A stretch of DNA of 64,000 nucleotides from contig CAYIOJ010000002.1 of NCBI GenBank assembly GCA_964365025.1, positions 20,208 through 84,207 on the forward strand, in the 5' to 3' direction. The position numbers were made by a program, and so were the translations under genes. The notes beneath the pieces were generated by a model, which saw nothing but the letters and a program-made list of their open reading frames with translations, made no database searches and was not told the DNA's origin. Shown in pieces: positions 27,697 through 37,099 of this stretch. Source of the stretch: an uncultured Gammaproteobacteria bacterium. Lineage in GTDB: Bacteria > Patescibacteriota > Patescibacteriia > Magasanikbacterales > UBA10003. How positions within the stretch are numbered: position 1 is the first letter of the stretch; each line of letters opens with the position of its first letter.

Positions 27697-28149
27697 ATGG
27701 CCTTGATTGATCCCAAGCGTGCGGCTGTAAATGCGGTGTTGCCGGAAGCTCTCAGAATGGGATTGACAAACAAGTCTCCCTGGCCAACTTCCAACACTCG
27801 TGTCCAGTGGCATTTTTCCGTGGATGGTGGCAAGCAAGTTTCTCTGTTCTACATCAGTCAGCCATTTGGCGGAGGATTGGGGCCACAAGACAGGGTGGCG
27901 GTATTTGTCGATGTTGATGAGTACGGTCAAGGTGGATTGGCGGAAAAGTGCGCGCGCGATAAATTGCTTTCGGCCGATATTGGCCAAGTCAGCGTTGCCG
28001 TTCTCTTGCGTTGGGCCACTGACGCGGAACGCGAAAGCGGCGGAGGACTTCGCGCAGCCATGACACTGCTCGAACCGAACGACGTGGGCACTGATGGATG
28101 CTGCTTCCGCATTGTCGGCATCACCTCGCTGTTCAACTTCGCGGGCTAG
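27697..28149 (+). CDS. Hypothetical protein inside GC-rich island 1
   Basis: 150 aa with a strong AAGGAG Shine-Dalgarno 7 nt upstream. GC is about 55% against a ~40% background. No family was recognised. Confidence 0.45.
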   Translation: MALIDPKRAAVNAVLPEALRMGLTNKSPWPTSNTRVQWHFSVDGGKQVSLFYISQPFGGGLGPQDRVAVFVDVDEYGQGGLAEKCARDKLLSADIGQVSVAVLLRWATDAERESGGGLRAAMTLLEPNDVGTDGCCFRIVGITSLFNFAG

Positions 28150-28190
28150 GTTGGTCCGCGTGAATTACAAACCTGAGAAGGAGGAATTCA

Positions 28191-28496
28191 ATGGGGCGAG
28201 CCAAATTGGCTAGTACTGGAGTGCGCGGCCGCAGTGATGGGCGCGTGGAGAGAAGGATGAAGGAGTGCAAGTGCGTCCAGCCCTGTGCCGACATGAGCGG
28301 CGTCTGCCCGACCGCGCAAAAGCCGTGCGAGCGCGCAGTGCGTGTCGCGTCGGCGCGGCACGCGGTGAGCGCTTCCCACCCGTTCGAAGACAGTGGGCCG
28401 TGGATTTGCCAGGCCTGTGGCACTCAAAATAATCTCGGCGACGATGTCTGTTTTTCCTGTCGCGTGGTGTGCGGTAGCGTCCACGACATGCCCTGA
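28191..28496 (+). CDS. Cys-rich zinc-ribbon hypothetical protein inside GC-rich island 1
   Basis: 101 aa with an AAGGAGG Shine-Dalgarno site. Cys pairs CxC..C, CPTAQKPC and CQAC...CFSC suggest zinc ribbons. Confidence 0.45.
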   Translation: MGRAKLASTGVRGRSDGRVERRMKECKCVQPCADMSGVCPTAQKPCERAVRVASARHAVSASHPFEDSGPWICQACGTQNNLGDDVCFSCRVVCGSVHDMP

Positions 28497-28555
28497 CAGC
28501 ACAGGGCACAGTCAACATTCCCCGCCTTTCTAACCAATTCAACATTTTAGCCACT

Positions 28556-28589
28556 GACGGCCTGCCAACCCAGCGCCGTCTTTTTTTTA
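28556..28589 (+). terminator. Rho-independent terminator closing GC-rich island 1
   Basis: GACGGC-CTGCCAACCCAGC-GCCGTC followed by T8. Confidence 0.6.
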
Positions 28590-28638
28590 TATAGCATTTT
28601 ATTGTCAAATTTTTATATTTCCAGTATAATTACCCTGT

Positions 28639-29850
28639 ATGATCTATCTTAGTAAGATACTTGGAGCAAAAATCAAAGATAGCGCCGACCAGACCGTTGG
28701 TGTTTTGAAAGATGTGTTGGTAAAACCAACACCCGGCGAGTATTCGCCTTTGGAGGCCTTGTTGGTAAAATCAAAAAAGAAGCGTCAACATTTCTACATT
28801 CCATATCACTATGTGGAAAATTTGGCGGCCGATGAAATAACTTTGAAAACTTTGGAAGATAAAATTATTGATTACGCGGCCGAGGCCGGGGACATACTTC
28901 TCCTGCGCGATGTTTTGGACCAGCAGATTGTGGATACGGCCGGCGCGCGAGTGGTGCGGGTCAATGATTTACAGATTGGAGAGGTGGAGGGCGAGATGTG
29001 CGTGTTGGGAATTGACATCAGCACGCGAGGGCTTTTACGTCGTCTGGGCCTGACGAAAACAGGCCTTTTCAATTGGCTTCACGTGAATCTTATTGATTGG
29101 CAACAAGCCCAGCCAATGCGCGGAACTTTAAAACTAGAAACTTTATCCAAAGATTTGGTAAAATTACATCCGGCGGATTTGGCCAATATCGTAGAAAAAT
29201 TAAACATCAAGCAGGGTCGGGCCTTGGTGGAGGCCATGGACACGAAAACAGCGGCCAAAATTTTGGAAGAAATGAATCCGCGCGTGCAGAAAATTTTGGT
29301 GCAGGCTTTAGGGCCGGCCAAAGCGGCAAAAATTTCCGAACGGATGTCCATTGACGAATTAGTGGATTTGATAAAGTTGTTGCCATATGACGAGGCTAAG
29401 GAAGTTTACTCAACCTTCCAAAGCGGCCGCAAGAGCAAGTTGGAAAAATTATTGACCTATAAAGACGATACGGCCGGCGGGTTAATGACTACGGAATTTA
29501 TCGGCGCCCTGCCCAGCTGGACAGTACAGCAGGTAATTGATGAAATAAAACGCACATCAGAATCATTTCGGTCAATTTTATATATTTATGTTTCCGACGA
29601 CAACGGAATTTATAAAGGCGTGGTTTCTCTGCGTCGTCTTTTGACATCTGAGCCGACGGATAAAATTGATAAAGTGATGAAAAAAGCCAAACGCCTGCCC
29701 TGCGCCAAAGTACATCAAAAAATCAAAGAAGTGGGAAAATTAATGACCAAATACGATTTGAATTCAGTGGCAGTGGTGGACCACCATCATCGTATTCTGG
29801 GCGTGGTGACGGTTGATGATGTGATGCGTCACTTTTTCCCGCACGCGTAA
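28639..29850 (+). CDS. Soluble MgtE-N/CBS-pair protein with an N-terminal PRC-barrel-like domain and no transmembrane region
   Basis: MgtE N-terminal helical domain followed by two CBS motifs (YVSDDNGIYKGVVSLRRLL and VVDHHHRILGVVTVDDV). The membrane domain of MgtE is absent. Confidence 0.65.
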   Translation: MIYLSKILGAKIKDSADQTVGVLKDVLVKPTPGEYSPLEALLVKSKKKRQHFYIPYHYVENLAADEITLKTLEDKIIDYAAEAGDILLLRDVLDQQIVDTAGARVVRVNDLQIGEVEGEMCVLGIDISTRGLLRRLGLTKTGLFNWLHVNLIDWQQAQPMRGTLKLETLSKDLVKLHPADLANIVEKLNIKQGRALVEAMDTKTAAKILEEMNPRVQKILVQALGPAKAAKISERMSIDELVDLIKLLPYDEAKEVYSTFQSGRKSKLEKLLTYKDDTAGGLMTTEFIGALPSWTVQQVIDEIKRTSESFRSILYIYVSDDNGIYKGVVSLRRLLTSEPTDKIDKVMKKAKRLPCAKVHQKIKEVGKLMTKYDLNSVAVVDHHHRILGVVTVDDVMRHFFPHA

Positions 29851-29853
29851 ATT

Positions 29854-31095
29854 ATGGGCAAACTAAAACATTGGGGTTCAAGAATTTTATTGATCTTAAG
29901 CGTGATCGGCCCGGGCCTTATTACCGCGAACGCCGACAATGATGCCGGTGGCATTAGTACCTATTCAATTGTCGGAGCTCATTATGGCTATTCTTTGCTG
30001 TGGGTGCTTTTTTTAATTACTTTCGCGCTGGGCATTACGCAGGAATTTGGCATGAGATTGGGCATTGTTACGGGAAAGGGCCTGGCCGCCTTGATTCGGG
30101 AAAAGTTCGGCGTTAAACTCACGGTTTTTGCCATGCTGACCATGCTGGTGGCTAATCTGGGCACTATTACCGCTGAATTTTCCGGCGTAGCCGCAAGTTT
30201 AAGTTTGGTTGGCGTGAGCAAATATTTTTCCGTGCCTTTTTTCGCTTTTATCGTTTGGCTGGTTTTATACAAAGGTTCATTTAAAAAAGCGGAAAAGATA
30301 TTTTTGCTTTTATCTTCTTTTTACATTGTATATTTTGTCGCCGGTTTTTTGGTCAAGCCGGATTTTGGCGCCGCCGCCGCGGCTTTGGTCACGCCGAGTT
30401 TTCGTTTTGACATAAAATATCTGATTGCTTTTATCGCTCTAATCGGCACCACCATTACTCCTTGGGGGCAATTTTTTATACAATCATACGTGGTGGATAA
30501 AGGTGTACACTTAAAAAATATTAATGTTTCTCGATTTGAAGCGTATTTCGGGGCAGTGATTACTAATTTGGTGAGTTTTTTTATCATCGTTACCACGGCT
30601 AACACTTTATTTAAGTATGGATTATCTATCACTAACGCTGGCGACGCGGCTCTGGCCTTGCGGCCGCTGGCAGGGGAATTCGCGCAATTTTTGTTCGCTT
30701 TTGGACTGTTTAGCGCCTCTATGCTCGGTGCGTTCATACTGCCCGTGGCCACCGCTTATGCTGTCTGCGAGGCCTTTGGCTGGGAATCCGGTTTTAATTT
30801 GAATTGGGCCAGGGGCAAAATTTTTTATAGTCTAATTATTATCTCCATCGCCATTCCCGCCGCCATCGTGCTTTTGCCGCGGGTCAATTTGATGTTTTTA
30901 ATGCTGATGTCGCAGGCCGTGAACGGCATGCTTCTGCCCGTGATTTTGATTTATTTGATGCGTTTGATGAATGATCAAGAATTGTTGGGTAAGCATGTTA
31001 ACGGCAGGATTGTCAACCTAGTGGCTGGTATCACCGTTGTCGGTTTAATTATAGCTTCAATAATTTTAATTGGAGCCTCATTTTTCCCCAGTTAA
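29854..31095 (+). CDS. mntH: NRAMP-family divalent metal transporter (MntH-like)
   Basis: Carries the GPGLITANADNDAGGISTYS signature and about 11 TM helices. Confidence 0.85.
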   Translation: MGKLKHWGSRILLILSVIGPGLITANADNDAGGISTYSIVGAHYGYSLLWVLFLITFALGITQEFGMRLGIVTGKGLAALIREKFGVKLTVFAMLTMLVANLGTITAEFSGVAASLSLVGVSKYFSVPFFAFIVWLVLYKGSFKKAEKIFLLLSSFYIVYFVAGFLVKPDFGAAAAALVTPSFRFDIKYLIAFIALIGTTITPWGQFFIQSYVVDKGVHLKNINVSRFEAYFGAVITNLVSFFIIVTTANTLFKYGLSITNAGDAALALRPLAGEFAQFLFAFGLFSASMLGAFILPVATAYAVCEAFGWESGFNLNWARGKIFYSLIIISIAIPAAIVLLPRVNLMFLMLMSQAVNGMLLPVILIYLMRLMNDQELLGKHVNGRIVNLVAGITVVGLIIASIILIGASFFPS

Positions 31096-31109
31096 AGGCC
31101 TGAATTTTT

Positions 31110-31775
31110 ATGAAACACGGAATAAAGTTTCAAGCAATCCTGTTTGACATGGACGGCATTATTATTGACAGCGAAATTTATTGGGAAAAAATTGAACGGA
31201 TTTATGCCAGACAAAAAGGCATCAGCTACACTTTGGCGTATCATCGCGATATTATGGCCTTGAGTCCGCCGGAATTGGCCGAGGTATTGCGGCGAAAATA
31301 CGGTTTGAAAGAAATGGTTGAGCAAATTATAGTTGAGCGAGACAGGATCGCTTTGGAAATTTATGAAACCAAGGCCAAACTGCTGCCGGATTTTTTGGAT
31401 TTGATTAAGAGATTGCGCGGGAGATACAAAATCGCGCTCGTCAGCTCCTCTCCATTTGAATGGATTAATCCGGTTTTGCGCCGATTCAGGTTGCGGCCGT
31501 ATTTTGACGAGATAGTTTCCGCCGAAGAAATGCGCGATGGGCATGGCAAGCCGCATCCGGCGATTTATTTTTTCGCCGCGCGGCGTTTGAAAGTAAGGCC
31601 AAAAGAGTGCGTGGTGTTTGAGGATTCGGTTAATGGCATTAAAGCCGCCAAAGCCGCCGGAATGTTTTGCGTTGCCGTGCCTGGAAAATGGGTAAAAGAT
31701 AGGCGCGGAGTTAGCAAGGCGGATTTAGTGGTTCGGCATTTGGGAGATAGGAGAATAGCTGAAATTTTGGTATAA
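31110..31775 (+). CDS. HAD-superfamily hydrolase, subfamily IA (beta-phosphoglucomutase-like)
   Basis: Motif I AILFDMDGIIIDSE, motif II VSSS, and a C-terminal FEDSVNGIKAAKAAG. Confidence 0.8.
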   Translation: MKHGIKFQAILFDMDGIIIDSEIYWEKIERIYARQKGISYTLAYHRDIMALSPPELAEVLRRKYGLKEMVEQIIVERDRIALEIYETKAKLLPDFLDLIKRLRGRYKIALVSSSPFEWINPVLRRFRLRPYFDEIVSAEEMRDGHGKPHPAIYFFAARRLKVRPKECVVFEDSVNGIKAAKAAGMFCVAVPGKWVKDRRGVSKADLVVRHLGDRRIAEILV

Positions 31776-31785
31776 TAATAGATGT

Positions 31786-32925
31786 ATGCAAGAAAAATCT
31801 CTTTCTTTTTTTGAGGCCTTGGCAGTGCTGGTCGGCTCGGTGATTGGAGCCGGTGTTTTGGGTATTCCTTATGCTGTTGCTAAAGTCGGCTGGGGCATCG
31901 GCGTGATTTATCTCGCGGCTTTGGGTGTTTTGGTGATGGGCTTAAATTTACTTTTGGGCGAGATTGTTTTGCGCACCAAACACCATTTGCAGATTCCGGG
32001 ACTGGCTAATAAGTATCTTGGGACAAAAGGCAAATATTTTGTCACTTTTTCCGTGCTTTTCGGCTCGTACGGCGGTCTTTTGGCCTATGTGATCGGCGAG
32101 GGACAGGTGCTGAAAGCGCTTTTTGGTGGCGATGCTTTTTGGTGGAGCTTGTTTTTTTGGGTGGCCGGCTCCTATGCGGTTTTTTACGGTTTGCGGTTGA
32201 TTAAAAAATTGGATTTGATTTTGACTTTGATAATTTTTGCCGTGGTTTTGATAATTACCGTGTGGAGCGCGCCGGATATTCATTGGCCGAATTTAGGCAA
32301 TCATGTCACTTGGGCTAATTTATTTCTGCCTTACGGCGTGATTTTATTCGCTTTGCAAGGCGCTTCGGCCATTCCGCAGGTGAAAGAAATTTTGCCGCAT
32401 CAGCAGAAAAATTTGCGGTCGGTGATTACTTGGGGCGGACTCATTCCAATTTTTGTCTATTTTTTATTCATGACAGCTGTGGTTGGCGTTACCGGTACTG
32501 CCACAACCGAAGTGGCTACAGTCGGATTGGGGCAAAAACTCGGGCCGGCTTTGGTGATTTTTGGCAATTTGTTCGCTCTATTTGCCATGGGCACTTGTTT
32601 TTTAAACAATGCAATCGCGGTAAAGAAACAATTTGAATGGGATTATAAACTGGATAAATTTAATGCTTGGGTTTTGACAATAATGGCGCCATTGCTTTTG
32701 TTTTTACTCGGCGCCAGAAATTTTATTGGCACTTTGGAAATCGTGGGCGCGCTGTTTGGCAGTTTTAACGCCATTATTATTATAATTATTTATTGGCAGG
32801 CCAAACGAAAGGGCGATTTGCCCGTGCGTTGGTACAGTTTGCACCACGCCCTGCTTTTAAGCATTTTAATTATTTTAATTTTTGTCATTGGAGCGGTTTT
32901 AACTTTTTGGCAAATTGGGAGATAA
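31786..32925 (+). CDS. Amino-acid permease-like membrane transporter (aromatic amino acid / Trp-Tyr permease-like)
   Basis: About 11 TM helices. The N-terminal FEALAVLVGSVIGAGVLGIPYAV is typical of amino-acid transporter families. Confidence 0.55.
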   Translation: MQEKSLSFFEALAVLVGSVIGAGVLGIPYAVAKVGWGIGVIYLAALGVLVMGLNLLLGEIVLRTKHHLQIPGLANKYLGTKGKYFVTFSVLFGSYGGLLAYVIGEGQVLKALFGGDAFWWSLFFWVAGSYAVFYGLRLIKKLDLILTLIIFAVVLIITVWSAPDIHWPNLGNHVTWANLFLPYGVILFALQGASAIPQVKEILPHQQKNLRSVITWGGLIPIFVYFLFMTAVVGVTGTATTEVATVGLGQKLGPALVIFGNLFALFAMGTCFLNNAIAVKKQFEWDYKLDKFNAWVLTIMAPLLLFLLGARNFIGTLEIVGALFGSFNAIIIIIIYWQAKRKGDLPVRWYSLHHALLLSILIILIFVIGAVLTFWQIGR

Positions 32926-32962
32926 GATGTAGTTATAGAAGGGGGAAAATAGATTAAAATAT

Positions 32963-33347
32963 ATGAACGATTACGAAGATTTCAAAGATAGATTTAAATT
33001 ACTGGCGAGCAAGAATCATCATTTAATAGTGAACACGCTTTCTAATATTTTTACGATGCGTTTGATAGGCAACAAAACACATGGCGACCTCGCTGAAATT
33101 GGTATGGCTGAATTCATCAATCAATTCATGTACGACTTCAAAAGTATCCATGTTGGAAAAGATCTTTTTAGGGCAAAAAAAACACGAAGAAGATATCGTA
33201 ATAATCAATGAAATAACCAATACAAAATTTCTTGTTAGTTTGAAGGCATATGGAGACGGCCCGCTTCAACTTTCAACGGATAGCAGACAAAAATATTCCC
33301 ATACCTTGAAAATCAAGGATTACAAATTAAAAATTCTAAACAAATAG
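32963..33347 (+). pseudogene. Small ORF split by a +1/-1 frameshift at an A8 homopolymer run; possibly a small restriction endonuclease partnered with the adjacent methyltransferase
   Basis: ORFs 32963-33211 and 33081-33347 overlap in different frames around GGGCAAAAAAAACACG. Removing one A joins them into a single ~128-aa protein. The region is AT-rich. Confidence 0.45.
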
Positions 33348-33491
33348 CCAAAATTTTTAAAAAGGATGGATAGATTACTCGCATAATCATGCACTGGTAA
33401 AATTATTTAGTCTCGCTTTAAATAGCTCTGAAAAAGGGCACAAATTGGCTAATGAAATTTTGCAAAAAGACATAGACAGATTAAAAAAGCT

Positions 33492-34718
33492 ATGATAAAT
33501 CAGCAGCTCAACATATTTGGAAATAAAATATTCACCGCCCCAAAGACGCAGGGTATAAAATACACAGTATCTAAATTGAAGATTCTGCCTCATATTGTCC
33601 AAATTTTGAGTGAGCTGGATGGCATAAATAATGTGCTCGACGGATTTAGCGGCACAACGCGCGTTTCACAAGCTTTCGCGCAATTGGGTTACAACATGAC
33701 CTCAAATGATATTTCTATTTGGTCAGAGGTGTTTGGAAATTGTTATTTGCTTTCCAAAAAACCGGATTCATTTTATCAAAAAATTATTAATTATTTAAAC
33801 TCTTTAAAAGGATATGATGGTTGGTATACAGAACATTACGGCGCTGAAATCGCTGAAAATAAAAGACCTTTTCAAGCGAAAAATACTCGCAAATTAGACG
33901 CGATACGAGATGAAATTGAAAAACTCAATCTTGGTTGGGAGGATAAATGCGTAATTCTTGCCAGTCTTATTTATGCGTTGGATTCTGTTGATAGTACTCT
34001 GGGGCACTATGTGGCTTATTTATCAAAATGGTCGCAACGGTCACATAACGATTTATTTCTAAAATTGCCGAAAAGGTTTGAAATATTTGGTGAGCATAAA
34101 GTAATTCGTAATGATATTTTTGATACTGTATTAAAAAATAGTTTTGATTTAGCATATTTTGACCCGCCATACGGCTCAAACAACGAAAAAATGCCACCAA
34201 GCAGAGTGCGTTATGCATCTTATTATCATATTTGGACAACAATAATAAAACACGACAAACCGGAGATTTTTGGCAAAGCGAATCGACGCGTAGACAGCAG
34301 AGACGGTGTGGCAGCTTCAGTATTTGAAGAATTTAGAAAAAATGATGATGGTTCGTTTATTGCCATGGAAGCGTTAAGAAGATTAATTCAAACGACCGAT
34401 TCTCGTTATATTTTATTGTCATACAGTTCTGGAGGCAGAGCCACAAAACAAGAGCTAAATGAAATAATTGACGAATCTGGAAGGCTGTTAAAAGCGATAG
34501 AGATCAACTATAAGAAAAATGTGATGGGAAATATGCGATGGACAAACGAATGGATAAATAGTGATGAAAAACATTGCGAATATTTATTTTTAATGGAGAA
34601 AAATACTATTTCCACAAATCAGACACAAGCCAAAGCGACTTGGTTTTCCAGCGTTCACGCATTTAATTCCTCACCGCCGTCCGCCCAAAAAGAAAAAATA
34701 AAATTGGCCTCTCTTTAA
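33492..34718 (+). CDS. N6-adenine DNA methyltransferase (Dam-like)
   Basis: Carries the FDPPYGS (DPPY) catalytic motif and an N-terminal AdoMet-binding region (LDGFSGTTRV). The gene is AT-rich. Confidence 0.7.
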   Translation: MINQQLNIFGNKIFTAPKTQGIKYTVSKLKILPHIVQILSELDGINNVLDGFSGTTRVSQAFAQLGYNMTSNDISIWSEVFGNCYLLSKKPDSFYQKIINYLNSLKGYDGWYTEHYGAEIAENKRPFQAKNTRKLDAIRDEIEKLNLGWEDKCVILASLIYALDSVDSTLGHYVAYLSKWSQRSHNDLFLKLPKRFEIFGEHKVIRNDIFDTVLKNSFDLAYFDPPYGSNNEKMPPSRVRYASYYHIWTTIIKHDKPEIFGKANRRVDSRDGVAASVFEEFRKNDDGSFIAMEALRRLIQTTDSRYILLSYSSGGRATKQELNEIIDESGRLLKAIEINYKKNVMGNMRWTNEWINSDEKHCEYLFLMEKNTISTNQTQAKATWFSSVHAFNSSPPSAQKEKIKLASL

Positions 34719-34769
34719 GAGTGTTCATCTTGGGCCGATAAAGGAAAATATAACTAACGAAGATAAATT

Positions 34770-35756
34770 ATGTCAAAAGTCTGCATTCTTGGCAGTGGGA
34801 GCATGGGCACGGCTCTCGCGCATTTGATAGGCGGCAACGGGCACAAGGTGGTAATTTGGAGTATTGATAAAGAAGCGGCCGAGCACATCAATACTAATCA
34901 TGAAAATAAAAAGTTTTTGCCCGGTGTTTCTTTGAATAAAAATGTTTCAGCAAGTTTAATTTTGCCGCTGGCACTGGCTGACGCTTCGGTTGTGATTGTG
35001 GCTTTGCCAACGCAAGTAGTGAATCAAGTAATGCCGGCTCTTCACAATCACACGGCTAAAGACGCTGTGATTTTGAGTGTGTCCAAGGGCATTGATGTGA
35101 AAAGCGGGCAGACGGTCTCGCAAATTATCAAATCAATTTTGCCGGAGGTGCGTCATAAAAACATTGCCGCATTGATGGGGCCGTTGTTTGCGTCGGAAAT
35201 TTCCGCCAAGGTACCAAGCGTGGGGCTTTTGGCAATCAGCGACCTAAAAGTTTTTAAGTTTTTACAAAAGATTTTGGTTAATAAACATTTTTTTGTCAGA
35301 TATTCCGATGATTTGATCGGCGCGGAATTGGCCGGCGCTTTGAAAAATATTTACGCCATACTTTTGGGAGTGTGCGATGGCATGGGCTATGGCTGGAATA
35401 CCAAATCGGCCTTGATGACAGCGGTAGTGAAAGAAATGTCCGAGGTGGGGCAGTATCTGGGCGGGAAAAAAGAAACATTTTATGGTTTGGCCGGAATGGG
35501 GGATTTATTAACCACGGGATTTGGCGAAAAAAGCCGCAATCGTCGGTTTGGCGAGAAATTGTGTTCAGGCAAAACAGCGCAAGAAGTGATTAAAGAAATC
35601 GGTCATGTGGTAGAGGGCGCGGCTACGGTTAAGTCGGTGATGAAAGCGCTTATTTCTTTTAAAAAGCAGGCGCCATTACTATCAGCTGTGAATGACATTG
35701 TGAGCAAACGCAAAAATCCTTGTACAATTTTACAAAAGCTGTTTAATGTGATATGA
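34770..35756 (+). CDS. gpsA: NAD(P)H-dependent glycerol-3-phosphate dehydrogenase
   Basis: ILGSGSMGTALA Rossmann motif and C-terminal GpsA domain motifs (GLAGMGDLLTT). Confidence 0.85.
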   Translation: MSKVCILGSGSMGTALAHLIGGNGHKVVIWSIDKEAAEHINTNHENKKFLPGVSLNKNVSASLILPLALADASVVIVALPTQVVNQVMPALHNHTAKDAVILSVSKGIDVKSGQTVSQIIKSILPEVRHKNIAALMGPLFASEISAKVPSVGLLAISDLKVFKFLQKILVNKHFFVRYSDDLIGAELAGALKNIYAILLGVCDGMGYGWNTKSALMTAVVKEMSEVGQYLGGKKETFYGLAGMGDLLTTGFGEKSRNRRFGEKLCSGKTAQEVIKEIGHVVEGAATVKSVMKALISFKKQAPLLSAVNDIVSKRKNPCTILQKLFNVI

Positions 35757-35769
35757 TTGAAGCGAATCT

Positions 35770-36474
35770 ATGCATTTTTTAGTTGAAATTTGGAACAATT
35801 TTTTATATATTCCGCTGTTGAACGCTTTGATTTGGTTTTATAATGACTGGGGCAAGGAAAATCTCGGCTACGCGGTTATTATTTTAACTGTTGCTTTGCG
35901 CATTGTGCTTTTGCCTTTGAGCATTGTTTCCGAACGCAATAAATTAAGATATAAAACACTGGACAAAAAAATAGTTGAAGCGGAAAAGGCGTATAAAAAA
36001 GATCGCGTTTTGTTAAAAGAAAAAATTCGCGAGTTATTAAAACAATACAAAATCAGTCCTTGGGCCAAGACGGTAATTTTAGGGATTCAGGCCTTGGTGT
36101 TGGTGCTGTTGTATCAAGTTTTTATTCATGGCATCACCCGCACCAAATTGAATGTGTTGTATCCTTTTGTTGACCGGCCGGAAATCATTTATACGAATTT
36201 TTATGGATTTGAACTTGGCCTGCGCAATTTATGGTGGGCGGTGGCAGTTGGAGCCGTGCTGTTCATTGAAATTTATCTTGACCAGCGTCGCCGCAAGTCG
36301 CAAGTGACCAAAAATGAGCAGGTCTACGCCATTTTGTTTCCCATTATGAGCGTTCTCGCGCTTTACGCCCTGCCCATGGTAAAATCGCTCTTTATCTTGA
36401 CAACTTTGGCTTTTTCATATATGCTATCTATATTTCGGGTGGTATTTTATCCCGAAGAAAAAGAAGAACATTAA
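35770..36474 (+). CDS. yidC: Membrane protein insertase, YidC/Oxa1 family (short form)
   Basis: About 5 TM helices and the conserved motifs RIVLLPL and LLYQVF. Confidence 0.7.
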   Translation: MHFLVEIWNNFLYIPLLNALIWFYNDWGKENLGYAVIILTVALRIVLLPLSIVSERNKLRYKTLDKKIVEAEKAYKKDRVLLKEKIRELLKQYKISPWAKTVILGIQALVLVLLYQVFIHGITRTKLNVLYPFVDRPEIIYTNFYGFELGLRNLWWAVAVGAVLFIEIYLDQRRRKSQVTKNEQVYAILFPIMSVLALYALPMVKSLFILTTLAFSYMLSIFRVVFYPEEKEEH

Positions 36475-36486
36475 ACATAAATCTAT

Positions 36487-37059
36487 ATGGCAGAATCATT
36501 AGACAAGTTAATGTATTCATTCGTAGTTGAGGATGTTTTGAAAGGCGTGTTCATCTATGTTCCACCCGGCTATGTGGCTTGCGTTTATGATTTGGGTCGC
36601 GGCGTTTTGAAAAAGGTTTTGGCGCCGGGATTGCATTTGAAAATTCCATTTTGGCAAAAAGCTAAATTGTTTAACACCCAGACTTTGGAATACACCATCA
36701 GCGATGAATTTGATTTGGGCAATGAAAAAGCCATGGGCGATGTGCCTGTATCGGTGATTACCAAAGACAACCGTAAAATCACAGTGCAGGGCTCGGTTTT
36801 GCTTCGTTTGGATGTGCACCAAATTCCGGCTATCTGGCAGACCATTGGCGAGGATTTTGTCGCAAAAATCGTGCGGCCGACAATTCGCAGTCGCGTGCGC
36901 ATGGTTTTGGCGCAATACGCCAATCAGGATATTATCGCGGACAAACGCGACAACATTGAGCAGGAACTCAAAAGCGAGCTGGAACGGATTTTTTACCCTC
37001 GCGGGATTTATGTGGAAAATGTGCTGTTGAGCGAAGTGGGCGGTGGAGGGAAGGAATAA
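36487..37059 (+). CDS. SPFH (band 7 / prohibitin-like) domain protein
   Basis: SPFH core pattern (KDNRKITVQGSVLLRLD ... IVRPTIRSRVRMVLAQY ... YPRGIYVENV). Confidence 0.65.
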   Translation: MAESLDKLMYSFVVEDVLKGVFIYVPPGYVACVYDLGRGVLKKVLAPGLHLKIPFWQKAKLFNTQTLEYTISDEFDLGNEKAMGDVPVSVITKDNRKITVQGSVLLRLDVHQIPAIWQTIGEDFVAKIVRPTIRSRVRMVLAQYANQDIIADKRDNIEQELKSELERIFYPRGIYVENVLLSEVGGGGKE

Positions 37060-37069
37060 TAAAAAAAGT

Positions 37070-37099
37070 AAAACTCCTCTGATTTTCAGAGGAGTTTTT
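37070..37099. terminator. Bidirectional rho-independent terminator between the SPFH gene and convergent tsaE
   Basis: AAAACTCCTCTGA-TTT-TCAGAGGAGTTTTT. Confidence 0.8.

Noticed and set aside
26982-27833. 283-aa ORF antisense to the DEAD-box helicase gene
   Set aside because: It lies entirely within and opposite a confidently identified, motif-rich helicase gene, and its translation is low-complexity. Judged spurious.
27545-28590. Diversity-generating retroelement or retron in the GC-rich island
   Set aside because: No reverse transcriptase gene and no template/variable repeat pair are detectable in the window.
27545-28590. Possibility that the GC-rich islands are assembly chimeras rather than real insertions
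   Set aside because: Not rejected outright. Both islands are bounded by sensible terminators and promoters and sit cleanly in intergenic positions, which favours real insertions, but this cannot be excluded without read data.
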